Shown here: positions 1 through 15,736 of the stretch, piece after piece
Numbering within the stretch: the stretch's first letter is position 1
Layout of the letters: every line of letters begins with the position of its first letter
Assembly: GCA_033442325.1 (NCBI GenBank)
Contig: JAWQFM010000008.1
Span: 989,194-1,053,193 of the forward strand
Reading direction: 5' to 3'
Origin: Salpingoeca rosetta
Taxonomy: Eukaryota > Protista > Choanoflagellata
Length of the DNA: 64,000 nucleotides
Program-made: the position numbers and the translations under genes
The notes under the pieces: generated by a model
What the model saw: only the letters and a program-made list of their open reading frames with translations
The model's database searches: none
Told to the model about the DNA's origin: nothing

Positions 1-911
1 CAAGTACGGCTTCGTCAGCGTAGATGAACACACGCCCGCAGCCTTCACCGGCGGCCTGGGTGCGCTCACATGTGTGTGTGCGTGTGTGTCTGTGTATGTG
101 CGTGTGTTTGACCCAACACGTGCCTGCGTGATGCAAGCAAGCAACGATGTTCATCACGACCGTGCTCGATGCTGCAGTCACGGACGACNNNNNNNNNNNN
201 NNNNNNNNNNNNNNNNNNNNNNNNNNNNNNNNNNNNNNNNNNNNNNNNNNNNNNNNNNNNNNNNNNNNNNNNNNNNNNNNNNNNNNNNNNNNNNNNNNNN
301 NNNNNNNNNNNNNNNNNNNNNNNNNNNNNNNNNNNNNNNNNNNNNNNNNNNNNNNNNNNNNNNNNNNNNNNNNNNNNNNNNNNNNNNNNNNNNNNNNNNN
401 NNNNNNNNNNNNNNNNNNNNNNNNNNNNNNNNNNNNNNNNNNNNNNNNNNNNNNNNNNNNNNNNNNNNNNNNNNNNNNNNNNNNNNNNNNNNNNNNNNNN
501 NNNNNNNNNNNNNNNNNNNNNNNNNNNNNNNNNNNNNNNNNNNNNNNNNNNNNNNNNNNNNNNNNNNNNNNNNNNNNNNNNNNNNNNNNNNNNNNNNNNN
601 NNNNNNNNNNNNNNNNNNNNNNNNNNNNNNNNNNNNNNNNNNNNNNNNNNNNNNNNNNNNNNNNNNNNNNNNNNNNNNNNNNNNNNNNNNNNNNNNNNNN
701 NNNNNNNNNNNNNNNNNNNNNNNNNNNNNNNNNNNNNNNNNNNNNNNNNNNNNNNNNNNNNNNNNNNNNNNNNNNNNNNNNNNNNNNNNNNNNNNNNNNN
801 NNNNNNNNNNNNNNNNNNNNNNNNNNNNNNNNNNNNNNNNNNNNNNNNNNNNNNNNNNNNNNNNNNNNNNNNNNNNNNNNNNNNNNNNNNNNNNNNNNNN
901 NNNNNNNNNNN

Positions 912-943
<32 letters not shown>

Positions 944-1161
944 TCACACAATCCATCCCACCCCCTTGCCTGCTGCAGCCGTGTTTGGTGTCGCTGTTTT
1001 CGCGGCCAACAAACCGCTCGCGCTTGTACGAGGCCGTGGCGCTGTGTGGACTTGCAAGTTTTCTCTTTGGTTGGCACGTGCACGAGAAGGCAATGCTGGG
1101 AGCCCTGATCCCTCTCAGGTGCCCCGCGTGCATGTGCGAACTGCGCGAAATATTAGTGCAC

Positions 1162-1228
<67 letters not shown>

Positions 1229-1446
1229 TGTCCAAGCAGCTTACCAATAGCATGGTTTCTCCTCACGCCGCCACCACCACCCATGACCCCCAATCACCAC
1301 CATCGTCATCAGGCTCGCGACTGCCGTTTCTGCCGCTGCTGCTGACCTCCGTCTACTGTGCTCTCGGTGTCGTGTATTCGTTTCTGCGCATGTACGCGCA
1401 CTTCTTGCACACACCCGCACACGCAAGCGCAAAAAAGTCCCAATAG
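1..1446 (+). CDS. ALG8: Dolichyl-P-glucose alpha-1,3-glucosyltransferase (ALG8-like), 3' portion, interrupted by an assembly gap
   Basis: Exon ~979-1118 encodes LYEAVALCGLASFLFGWHVHEKAMLGALIPL, the ALG6/ALG8 FxFGWHVHEKA motif. The last exon ends KKSQ-TAG (1444-1446), a KKXX ER-retrieval signal. The 5' end lies outside the window. Confidence 0.8.
189..911. other. Assembly gap (N run)
   Basis: Continuous Ns, followed directly by a (CA)n tract. Confidence 0.99.
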
Positions 1447-1470
1447 CAAGCATGTGTGCCTGTGTGTGTG

Positions 1471-1519
<49 letters not shown>

Positions 1520-1707
1520 CACTTTCAATGCATCCACGTGTACAAACGACCTTTTACTGCTAATGGGTGGATCGGTTATTGCAAGTGTCACCATCAACGT
1601 GTTCGTATCATGCCAGCCAACAGCCAATGATAAACAAACGCCACAATGAATAGCGTCGAGTGCATTTGCCTGACATGAGATATTACACTCTCCTTGACAC
1701 CTCAATC

Positions 1708-4436
<2,729 letters not shown>

Positions 4437-4689
4437 TAATTATCACAGCGTGAGCCAAGAGCTCAGCGAATGCGAGCCTCGCTGGCGAGACTGACGTCCA
4501 GCAGCACACGCAAGCTTGCACGCGCACGCACACAGGCAACCACGACCACAACCACGACCACAACCACAACCACCACAGCCACAACCACAGCCACACCAGC
4601 AAAGCAACAAGGTCTCACCATCCATCTTGGGGCGCTGTTCCAGTGTTGTTGATTTTCGTTCGCACACACGCACACACGAACGGACGGAT

Positions 4690-5503
4690 ATGAGCGGCAG
4701 TGCAAGGGCGGATGACGCTGACGCCAAGCGTGCCAAAGTGGCCGTGGTGCACGCGGCGCCGGCACCGTTTGATCCCACCCACCACGGCCTTGACGCGGAC
4801 TTCAGGCTCACGGACTTTGCCAAGCTCAAAGGATGAGGTGCGTACGTGTGTGTGTGTGTGGGGGGGGGGTGTCTGTGTGTGTGTCTGTGTCCGTGTCTGT
4901 GTCTGTGTGTCTGTGTGTGCATGTGTGTGTCTGTCTGTCTATCCACCTGCCCTTCTATCCGTCCACCCTTCTATCCGTCCAACCTTCTATCCACCTGCCC
5001 TTCTATGCGTGTGCCTCAACCGCGTATTTGTTCACATCAGGGTGTAAGGTTCCTCAGCAAGAACTGCTCCAACTGCTTGAGGGTGAGTGCATGTGTTTTG
5101 TGTGCGCTTAGCCTGCTCAACCTACTTCAAGGCGTGTGTATCGGTTCCCCTTGTGCCTTGCACAAGCACACGGCTTCGTTTGTTCCTTCTCACGCCACTT
5201 GGACATGCATGCGCATGTGCATGCAGAACTGAAACCGGCCTCTGCTGCTGAGACGGCGGAAGCCACCAGTGTCATTGGCATTGGCCTTGACAGCTGCGTC
5301 ATCAAGACGCGACACAAAGACATCTTCCTTGTTCAAACCACAGACTTCTTCTACCCCCTCATCGATGACCCTTACATCCAGGTGTGTTGTGTTGTGTGCA
5401 TGTGTGTCTGTGTTTGTGTGTGTATGTGCCTCCGTGTGCGTGTGTGTGTGCGTGTGTGCGTGTGTGCATGTGCCTCTGTGTATGTGTCTGTGTCTGTGTG
5501 TCT

Positions 5504-5571
<68 letters not shown>

Positions 5572-8023
5572 AACGACTGCGTACCGTGTGCTTCTGTCCC
5601 GCCGATGCTTCTGCCCCGCCGATCCTCACTCATGCTGCTCGTCATATTCCCTCGCGCACCTCCTTCAACGACACCACCAATGTGCTGCCTGCTTCAGGGC
5701 AAGATCGCTGCGGCCAACGTGCTCAGCGACCTCTATGCCATGGGCGTGACCCAATGCGACAACATGCTCATGCTGCTCGGTACGCGTGAGGCGCATACTC
5801 CTCTCCACATGCACACCTAAGCCCTCCATACCGCTACTCTCATCGTCAACTCACTGATTGCATCTGTGCATCTGTGCATCTGTGTGTGTGTTTGTATGTA
5901 CAGCGCTCAGCATGGAGATGCCAGCGGATGCGCGCAAGGTGACGACAAGCCTCGTCATGAAAGGCTTCAGAGGTGAGCATATGCCATGTCATGCAAGTCC
6001 CCCTGAAAACGATCACATGTTGAAACCAGAGATGAACATTCCATTGAGTGTCACTTACTCACCACAGCTTGACGACTCCCACTCCTCCTTCCTTCGGTCG
6101 ACTCATTGTACTTGCACACACACACACACGTACACACACACACACACATATTCACACACGCACATGTACAATCATATGCAGACGCGTGCCACGAGGCGGA
6201 CACGAGCGTGAACGGTGGACAGACGGTCCTCAACCCCTGGATGATCGTCGGTGGCGTTGCGTCCAGCGTCGCCGCAAAGGGCGAATTCATCGAGTAAGCC
6301 GAACACTTTGTACATGTGGGTATGAGAGTGTGAGGTGTCTATGTGTGCGTGTGTGTGTACAAAACAAGTCTGTTCACCCTTCGTGGCACCACCATGTCCT
6401 CTGCACCACCACCACCACTACCAATCATCAGGCCGGCCCACGCGCGTGCTGGTGACGTACTCGTCCTGACGAAACCGCTCGGCACACAGCCCGCCGTCAA
6501 CGCCCACCAGTGGCTCCACACCAACGCCTTCCAGCGCGTAAGCCGTGCCGCACTCTCGCTGCGGTTGTGTGTGTGTGTGTGTGTGTTCGTGTGTGTGTAT
6601 GTATGTGTGTATGCATGTGTGTATGCATGTGTGTATGTGTGTGTGTGTGTCGGTGTGATTGCGTCTTGTTCTCTGTCTCTGTCTCTGTCTCTGTCTCTGT
6701 CTCTCTTCCTGTCTCCCTGTTTGCATGTATATGTGTGAATGTTCAGTTGTGCTAAGACACACGTGCCACACGCCGTTCCATGTTTGCGCCATCCCCCGCG
6801 CTGGCCCGCGTCAGGTGCAGGACGTGATCACGCCGGAGGAGGCGGTCGCCGCATATCGCATGGCGATGCACAGCATGGCTCGCCTCAACAGGAACGCTGC
6901 AAGTACGGCCAACACGTGTGTGTGTGTGTATGTGTGTGTGTGTACGTGTACGTGGCCTGCGCTTCCGTGCGGCTGCTTTTCAGTGAGAATGCTGGCACGG
7001 ACGCGATTGGTGCGTGTAATTAATACCGCATTTATGGCACACGCCACCCTGTCGACACAAACCAACAACAACAACATCACCATGCACCCACCCATCCATC
7101 AGAGCTGATGCACGAGTGTGGTGCGCGCGGGGCAACGGACGTGACGGGATTTGGACTTCTCGGACACGCGCGCAACCTGGCAGAGGCGCAGGACGAGCAA
7201 GTCGATTTCATCATCGATTCGCTGCCAGGTGACGACAGTACATTCGTTCAGTGGTGATGGCGGCGAGGTGGTGGTGGTGGTGGTGGGACACTGATGGGCA
7301 ATCACCATGGTGTCATCATGACAAGTGGTTGCGCGCTCACGCTCGCTTCTCACCATGCGGCTCGTGTCACGCAACACGCGAGCAGTGATTGCCAAGATGC
7401 CGGCGGTGAACAGCAAGTTCAACTTCAAGCTGCTGGACGGATTTTCCGCTGAAACATCTGGAGGTCTGCTCGTGGTCCTTCCACCAGACCAGGCCGAGGT
7501 AAAACCACTGTTAATGGGGTGAGGGCGAAGGTGGAAACAGAATGCAATGGTCGCTAGTGGCTGGGAACCCCAACAGTGGGTGTATGCTATTCACTTTGTA
7601 GCGTTGCTCACATACAATGACACCACCACAAACGGCACCATCACCACCACCACCACCACCACCACCACCACCACTGTCACCATCACTACTGCCATCAGCG
7701 GTACTGCGCGGCGCTGCAGGAAATGGACGGCATCCCCGCCTGGACCATCGGCCGCGTCGTCAAAGGTGCTGTGCTGTGTCGTGTTGTGTCGTGCTGTGAT
7801 GTTTGCCATGATGCTGTGTGCCGTGTTCGCGTGTTGTGATACGTCTACGAGACAATACATGTTCTTCATTACCGTGCGCTTCCAATTCACAACCACATAC
7901 GTACGCACACACGCACGCATATGCACGCACACGCACACGCACGCACATGCAGGAAACAACACGGCTTCCCTGGCCCCGGATGTGAAAGTGGAAGAAGTGC
8001 ACACACCGCAGCTGTTCAACTAA
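4690..8023 (+). CDS. SEPHS2: Selenophosphate synthetase SPS2 (SelD family), selenoprotein with in-frame TGA (Sec) at 4834-4836
   Basis: Removing intron 4838-5040 gives [18 protein letters not shown]. Downstream exons give [69 protein letters not shown] and SAETSGGLL. Stop TAA at 8021-8023. Confidence 0.95.
4939..5006. repeat. 16-bp tandem repeat (CTATCC...CCTT) in SPS2 intron 1
   Basis: Four imperfect units: ctatccacctgccctt, ctatccgtccaccctt, ctatccgtccaacctt, ctatccacctgccctt. Confidence 0.75.
5052..5082 (+). promoter_or_regulatory. Candidate Sec-redefinition (SRE-like) hairpin downstream of the UGA
   Basis: CCUCAGCA (5052-5059) pairs with UGCUUGAGG (5074-5082) with one bulged U. It starts 12 nt after the UGA in the spliced mRNA. 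Confidence 0.45.
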
Positions 8024-8547
8024 TGGCCCTGCAAGTGTTGTTCGCCTTCAAGTCTCGCTGGACGTTTCCTTCCAATTTCCCCCCCCCCTTCCCCTTTCCT
8101 TCAGCCACTCAAACCCACTCCCATGTGTCTCTCATCCATCTCAACCTTGCTTGTGAAGCGTGTTCCCACAACACCGCTACCAACCAACCATGTGTTTCAT
8201 GTTTCCCTTTCATCACTGGTTGCTTTGCTGTGAATGCCATCGTATTGGAGGTCGTGCCAGGAGCAGTGCGCGCCTTCCTGCGATCATTCACACCCGCAAT
8301 CACTCCCCCGCTCCTTTTGTGTTCCTCTCATTCACACTCGCATTTGCACACACTCACGCACACACGCCTTGGTGAACGCTTGGGCAGTGTATGTTTTGTT
8401 GTGCTTGTGCTTGTGCTTGTGCTGGTGCTGGTGCTATTGGGACACAAGGACGGGATGATGCTGCTGTTGTCACTGTAGCATTGACATTGTTTGTTTCTTT
8501 GTTTTCTTTGTTTTGTTGTGTGTGTGTGTGTGTGTGTGTGTTGCAAC

Positions 8548-8614
8548 GCGTCTCGTTGTGAAAGGCTGTGTTTGAAATCACGCTCACGTGAAGAACAAGC
8601 CTTGATATGGAAGC
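8548..8614 (+). promoter_or_regulatory. Type II SECIS element in the SPS2 3' UTR
   Basis: GUGA core (8558-8561), helix II AGGCUGUGUUU / AGAACAAGCCU, unpaired AAA (8575-8577), apical mini-stem UCACG-CUCA-CGUGA (8578-8591), 3' core UGAU (8603-8606). Confidence 0.88.
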
Positions 8615-9055
8615 ATCAACCCTTCCATGAGACGTCGTACGCAACTCACCACACACGACAACAGCAGTGATTGCGGTGGACGCAAGCAAGCGCTTGTGTT
8701 TGACTGTGAAGCTTGTACCATGGCGTGGTTGCGTGTGTATGTGCGGGATTGGCCATGCCATCTTGTCTTGTCTTGATTCTATGGTTGGCGCGTTTATTGT
8801 TGATTTGACGGTTTGAGCATTGGACAGAACAACGAAATGACAACAGCACACACACACACACACACACACGCAACGCAACTGAATGCACGACAGGGCACAC
8901 AGGCACGACGTAAAACAAACACAGAGAGGACGCTGAACAAACGCCGCAAACCAACCAAACACACACACACACAATCACATACGCAAAAGAGTACGCCCAC
9001 AGCACGAGCAACGTGTGGTGACCTGAGGACCACCCCACCAAACATAAACATGTGT

Positions 9056-10696
9056 TCAGTGACGACGGCTGCTGCGACTGTCCCGACTCGCACGATCACG
9101 ATCGCGATCACGGCTTGACCTTTCCTTTGTCTTCTCCTTCTCGCTGCCGCTCTCCCTGTCCCTTCTCTTCTCCCTCTCCCTCTCCCGGTCCCTCTCCTTA
9201 TCCTTCTCCCTCCTCTTTTCTCCGTTCCTGTCTCTGCCCCTGTCCCTGTCGCTGCTGCTTCTGCCCTTGTCTCTCTCACGCCTGTTACTGTCCCTGTCCC
9301 TGTCCCTGTCCCTCTCACGATCACGATCACGATCACGATCACGATCACGATCACGATCACGATCACGCCTGTCCTTGTCTCGGCTTCGCTCCCTCCTCTC
9401 CCTCTCCCTGCTGCGTCGCTTCTCGCGGTCCCTCGAGCCCGACCGCGACTTGCGGCTGCGGCTGCTTCGGCTCGTGTGCAGTTTCACTGACACCTTTGGC
9501 AGCGGCTGGGCGGTGGTGGCAGCCGTGGTCACCACGTCCAGCTCAGCGCCAAGCTGCCAACGACACACGCACACGGACACGGACGCACACACACGCAGTG
9601 CATGGTGGGATGGTTCGTGTTGGTTCATGGGGGATGTGAAGGAGGGCAGACAAGGGCATCATCGCACAGCAAGCGCGGTGTCCAAATTGTAAGTAGGTAC
9701 AGAACAACAACACACGTGACACACGCGCCAACATCCATGCGTGCAAATCGCACATACAATCAAAACACCCACACAAATACCCATGTGAACGCATCACAGC
9801 CATCCCAGCCAACACTCCGACCACGCTGGCAGCATGCTCACCTCGGGCACCTCCAGGTCAGCGGGTGGCGGCTGTTGCTTCACAGGCGGTCTCCGCACTC
9901 CCATCGTCGCTGGCTTCGACAGAACACCAACAATCGGCGCTGGTGTCATGGTTGCCGCTGTTGATGGTGCTGTTGATGCTGTTGCTGCTGTTGCTGCAGG
10001 TGTTTGCTTACCATTCTCGCCACTGCCTCCAACAGCTGTGCTCGCACCCTTGCTCTGCTGCGCATTTGTGGCAATCACTGCCGCTGCCGTTGCTGCTGGT
10101 GGTGGGGCTGGTGTGGATGTCGTGGTTGTGTTACCGGCCGACACAGCACCATCTGAGGGGGGCGTGGTGGCTGTTGTCGCTGTGGTGGACGTGGACGCCG
10201 GTGAAGCGGTCGAGTCTGACGTTGCCGCAGGTGTTGTTGATGAAGTTGTTGTGGCTGCAGCTGCCGTAGTTGCTGCTCCTGTTGTTGTTGCGCTCTTCTT
10301 TGGCGGATTCTCAGACACATCCGCAGCACCCGCAGCACCCGCAGCAGCCGATTGCGCCGTCGCCCGTCGCTGTCAGTGATGCATCGATGGTCGATGGTCG
10401 GTGGTGGATGGTGGATGGTGAATGGTGGATGGTGGTGGTGAGCACACAAGAGGAACAGGCGACAGCAACAGGACTGAGTGAGGTGCAACTACTACCACAT
10501 CTATGCCGTTCATCCTTCATCTTTAATCACCTATTCCTTCTTCCATTTTTCATCCTTCATCCACCGCCTCGGTCAACACGCCACCGTGAACAGACCTTTG
10601 CTGGCTTGGCGACCTTGGCCTCTGCGTGGAGCCACGTTGGAATCTCATCGCGCGCCATCGGATCAACCGTGTACCGCATGCTCGGGTCATACTGTG

Positions 10697-10748
<52 letters not shown>

Positions 10749-12218
10749 AACACACTCACGCACACACACACACATGTACACAAAAACACACAAAAACACA
10801 CACATGCATGCGTCCATGATTCAACGTAAGAATGCACAAGTGGATGATGATAGACAACCAAGAACCGTTGTTGGAAATGATGCTGGAACAATTATGCACG
10901 CGTCCACGCATTCACATGCGCGCAGATCAACAAATGCCAGCAGGAGCATGGAGCAAAGGCAAAAGGTACGCAGCGTGGGCACGACACGGATGTACGTACG
11001 CGTGTCATTCTGCTCTCCTTGAAGCGCACCCGACGCTCGAAGTCGCTCATCACCGTCAAGATGTCTGAGGACATGCCAAACAGAAGCAGCACACACGGCA
11101 GGATGGAGTGAGCCAAGCGTCTAAGCAGCACAGAACAACGTAGGCCCTACTTTGATGTTGAACACGGGTGCTGGTAGTGTGTGTGTATATACACTTCTTC
11201 ATGAGACATACCCAATTGCTCCGTGGCCTTTGGATCAAACACGAGTCCTGCCCAATGACAAAATCGTCAGCATTAAAGCAATCGTGAGCGCACACATCGT
11301 GCTGAGTTGAATGTGGGAGTGCGCACAAGAGAGTGTGTGTGTGTGTGTGCGTGCGTGCGTGCGTGTGTGTGTGTATGTGTGTGTGTGTGTGTGCGCGCGT
11401 ACCAATAAACCAGAGAGTGCGCCAGCAGTACTCTGGCGGGCGCTCGTGTGTGTCCTCGTCCTCCAGGGTCGACGGGTCTTTCTCGGGCGATCGCCGAAAC
11501 GCCTGTAGATGACAGTAGCCCGCAGCGAAACAGGGGAGGGGGGTGATGGCATACATGCGGACAGGCACTGATGTGAGCAACAGCTGGATGTCTCTGTACA
11601 CACAGATGCACACGCACATGCACAGATGTACACATTCAGGCACGCGCATACACACACGCATGCACCTTTGGAATTGGGATGGCGTATGTGACGGCTGGGT
11701 GGAATTCGAGACTGGTCACCAGATTGCGCACACTGCAACACAGCACACCCATTCGGGGGGGGGAATGGTTGGTGTTAGAAGAAGGGTCAAGCACAACCGC
11801 TCTTGATGGAAAACACACACACACACACGCACGCACACACACACACACACGCACACACACACACACGCACACACACACACACACGCACACACACACACAC
11901 ACATACACAAGGTGCAAGCAGGGTGGAGTTAGCACACGGGGTGTGGGCGCACGTTGACTCGACGAGGCCTTCATAGAGGGTGCGGTCCTGCTCCGAGTTG
12001 GTGAGCGCCTGCACGCAGATGTAGTGCGAATACACGCCAAAGAAGGGAATCTGCTTCCACAGCTATGGGCCGTGTCGATGCAAGCAAAGGAAGGACGTGT
12101 GATGGAGGCCATCGTGCGCACCATCGAGTGAGTTATCAAGTACAGACACACACGCACACCACCTACGCAAACACGCAAAAGCACAACCCCCCAATAGCCC
12201 ACACACACACACGCGCGC

Positions 12219-12250
<32 letters not shown>

Positions 12251-12816
12251 GCATGCACACACAGCCAACACACGCCCATCTCCACCCACACCCCTGCGTC
12301 ACCGTACCCTGGGCCAGGTTGCCTTGCCGTCTGCAATCTTCTGAACAACGGACTCTGCGCGATCAAGCTCGCGCTTGATGCGATAGAGGGTGGACCTGGT
12401 CACCGTGTACGACGCGTTTTGTGACGGGTACACGGGGGTCAGGATCTTCATCACGCTCATGTCGTGGTAGTTGTTGCTAATGCGCCGGGCAGAGTGGGGT
12501 GGTGAGACGGTGTTTGTGTTGTGTTGTGTTGTATCATGTGTCATTGTGGTTTTGCGTTTTTGTGTTGTGAGTTGTTGTGTGAATGAGAGTACATGAGGGT
12601 TTCGAAGACATGTCATCGGCATGTGCATCTTGTTCACTCGACCGCGACGACAGATTGACCGCAAACAACAGCACACACCACCACCACGTCGCCACCACCA
12701 CCACCACGCCAGCACGCGACACAAGCAGGGCGGTGGCGCACATTGGGCTCCAGTGCGGGATGTGTGTGATTCCGAGATCTTCCACGTGCTGCAGCTCAAC
12801 AGGAATCGCCCAGTCC

Positions 12817-12899
<83 letters not shown>

Positions 12900-15135
12900 T
12901 ACGTATGTACACAGGCACAAACGTAGACGCACGCACGCGCATAGAATTGTACGCACACACACATGTACACAAATATCAGCCACATATCAGCCGTTGCCAG
13001 AACAGAAAGCTTCACGCACATGAATGCGTTGGAACGCACACGAGAACACACGAAAGCGCGAAACACACGCGCACGCACAATCAGCAATATGCGGGCCATA
13101 GAACGAGACGTTCACTGGCGAAAATGACATGAGCATGTGATGTGACCACCCCACCATCGCTTGTAGTGCCAGAAAAACTTCTCCACGAGGGTAGAGGCGG
13201 TTGCATAAGGGAAGAGCTGTCATGATGCAACGACAAGAAGGAGAGCAGGAAACATGAGGAGGGAGCACATAGCGGCGCGCTGTGCCACAGCGATGCAGGC
13301 ACAAGTGTGTGTGTATGTGTATGTGTGCATGTGTATGTGTGTGTGCAAGTGGCACTCTGCATGTGTGAGTACCTGGCAGATTTTAGCGACGAGGATGGCC
13401 AGATGCACACCACCGACGTAGCACAGCGCGTTGCCGTAGATACCGCGTCCTGATAAAGTGGTGGCAACACGTGGTGGTGGTGTCAGGTGCGGTGGTAAGG
13501 AAAGCAGCTGTGCACGTACGCACATGCACATGCACGTGCACTCGAGTACACTCGAATACACACGCGCACACTCTCACATGCACAGGCATGCACATGAATA
13601 CGCACGCTTAGCCCAGAGCTTGATGGTTCTGAGGCAGAGGCCAAAGTCTTCGCGGGCGGCGGGGCACAGCTCCAGGATCTTGTCCGTCACACGCCGACCT
13701 GCACAGGTGCATTGATGCGCATGGTGTGGTGGTGGTGGTGGTGAGGTGGTGGTGAGTGGTTTGTGTGAGTGGATGTGACGAACACCAACAGCTGTGATAC
13801 AGTTGTCAAGGGGCAGCTGTGCTTGGCTGAGGTGCATGTGCGCTTGTGTGGTGGATTCGCATGTTGATGTGCGGGTGAATGCGCATGTGTGCCTGCATGG
13901 AGGCGCGAGAAATGCCGGGGACAAGGAAGGGCAATAGGGGGTCGTGTATGGCAGAGTGGCACAAGTTCGAGGTGGCACACGATCGAAGAAGCGTGCAAAC
14001 GAATGACCAGCGCAAGGCAGACAGGGGGCAAGGAAGAAACAGAGATGCCAACAAGCAAGGGACAATCAACACTGTGGTCGGGGGCATAAAATGTAATGAC
14101 GCTACGTAATACACACGCCAATCGCAGCACGCCACATCCACAGCTACGACAACGACAACTGTGGTAATGGCGATATTCTTCACGGTATCCTGTCATTGCA
14201 ACCGTGGTGTACTCAAACACACGACCATCACAACCACCGCTAACAACAACAACAGCAAAACCAAGGCGTGCAAACACACCATTGATACTGCGCACACAAG
14301 TTTCCGGGAGATTGCGCAGGATGTCGTCATCGGAGAGGTCGAGGGACGGCGCAATGGAGTCTGCCGGCAGCTGCGCCATGAGAAGATCCATCTCAACCCC
14401 GCCAAACGTCAGCTTGATTGCAGGCACTGCAGCAGACTCCGCAGACTGCACAGTGTGTGTGTGTATGTGTGTGTGTGTGTGTGGGTGTGTGGGTGTGTGT
14501 GTGTGTGTGTTTGTGTGAGCTGGGGAGTCATTGCAATCACTCAGGTGACACTACCCACAACAGAGCTCCAGCGCCACAATTGTGTATGCGGCCTTACGTG
14601 TAGGTCCTCGACGTCGTCCCGCTGGGCGAGGGCGTCGTAGAAGCTTGAGAAGAACGCGGCGCGCGTAACGCTTTGCGGAAAGCAGATGAGCGCATCGATA
14701 TCGCCGTCTGAGGGTGCACAAGAAGACCAAACAACAAAACAAGACACAGGTACACGTACACACAGCGATGCGATGCATGCGTGTAGAGACGCAGAGGTGT
14801 CCATGAGTGCACGTATCATGCAACGTTGCTGTGAGATGAAAGACGCGCGTGATCAAGTCGGCACACCTCCACTCGAATGCACGTCAGTGGGCGCAACAGC
14901 AAACGCAGTACACAAAACAAATAACCAAACAACCAACACACAACAAGCAAACAACCCAAGCACACACACAAACCAACAACAAACACACACGACACAAACC
15001 AACAACACGCACTCTTTGAATGAACGCCGAGACGAAAGGAGCCAAAAGTGAAGATTTTGGCGCGGATGAGCTGGGCAGCCTCGGGGCTCTTCCCATGCTA
15101 TCAATAAGAGATCCAACACACACGCACACGCACGC

Positions 15136-15227
<92 letters not shown>

Positions 15228-15736
15228 GAGTGAGCACCGCTCATGTTCACATAGAGCACTACAAGCCCCACAAAGCAGATGCAGTTTGCAAACAAGAGCA
15301 CACGACATCAATATGCACAGAGCAGATGTGCAAAAACAACAAGCGCACCTCGAGGGAGTACTTGTACAGCCAATCCTTAACAAAGGCGTTGAGATTGGCC
15401 AGCACGCGGTTTCGTTGCTCGTACCCTTCCGTACTCTCCATGATGCCCTCCTTCTTCAAGCAGGTTTCAAGCTTGCGCGTGCTCATCAGTTGCTGTTCGA
15501 AAGAGGGGGAAGGGGGCACACAGAAGAGGTGCAAAACGATGTGAGTGTCAAAACAAGGCATCGACAAGAAGTGCATGCGCACGAAAAAAACATACCACAC
15601 GGTGGCATTGCACTGCGCACGCGCGCGCACAAAACACGACATGTGAAGCGACGGTCATCAAGCAGCACACGTGTGTGTTTTTCCTAATTCTCACCTCGAG
15701 CGAGGGGTGCTCGGTGGAGAGCGGTTCCTGAGCCAT
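9056..15736 (-). CDS. PAPOLA: Canonical nuclear poly(A) polymerase with Ala/Thr/Pro-rich linker and RD/RS-rich C-terminus
   Basis: Exons read KIFTFGSFRLGVHS, DGDIDALIC (catalytic DxD), AAVPAIKLTFGGVEMDLL, CVRSING|RRVTDKIL, LRTIKLWAK, GIYGNALCYVGGV, MKILTPVYPSQNASYTVTRST, YEGLVEST and LWFIG. The last exon (9056-~9550) is RD/RS repeats. Confidence 0.9.

Noticed and set aside
66-1253. Long ORFs spanning the N gap, and the many HTHT/CVCV ORFs throughout the window
   Set aside because: They are artefacts of Ns and stop-free dinucleotide microsatellites in introns.
4834-4836. SPS gene as a pseudogene with a premature stop
   Set aside because: The TGA falls exactly at the Sec position, all downstream exons are intact and a SECIS is present.
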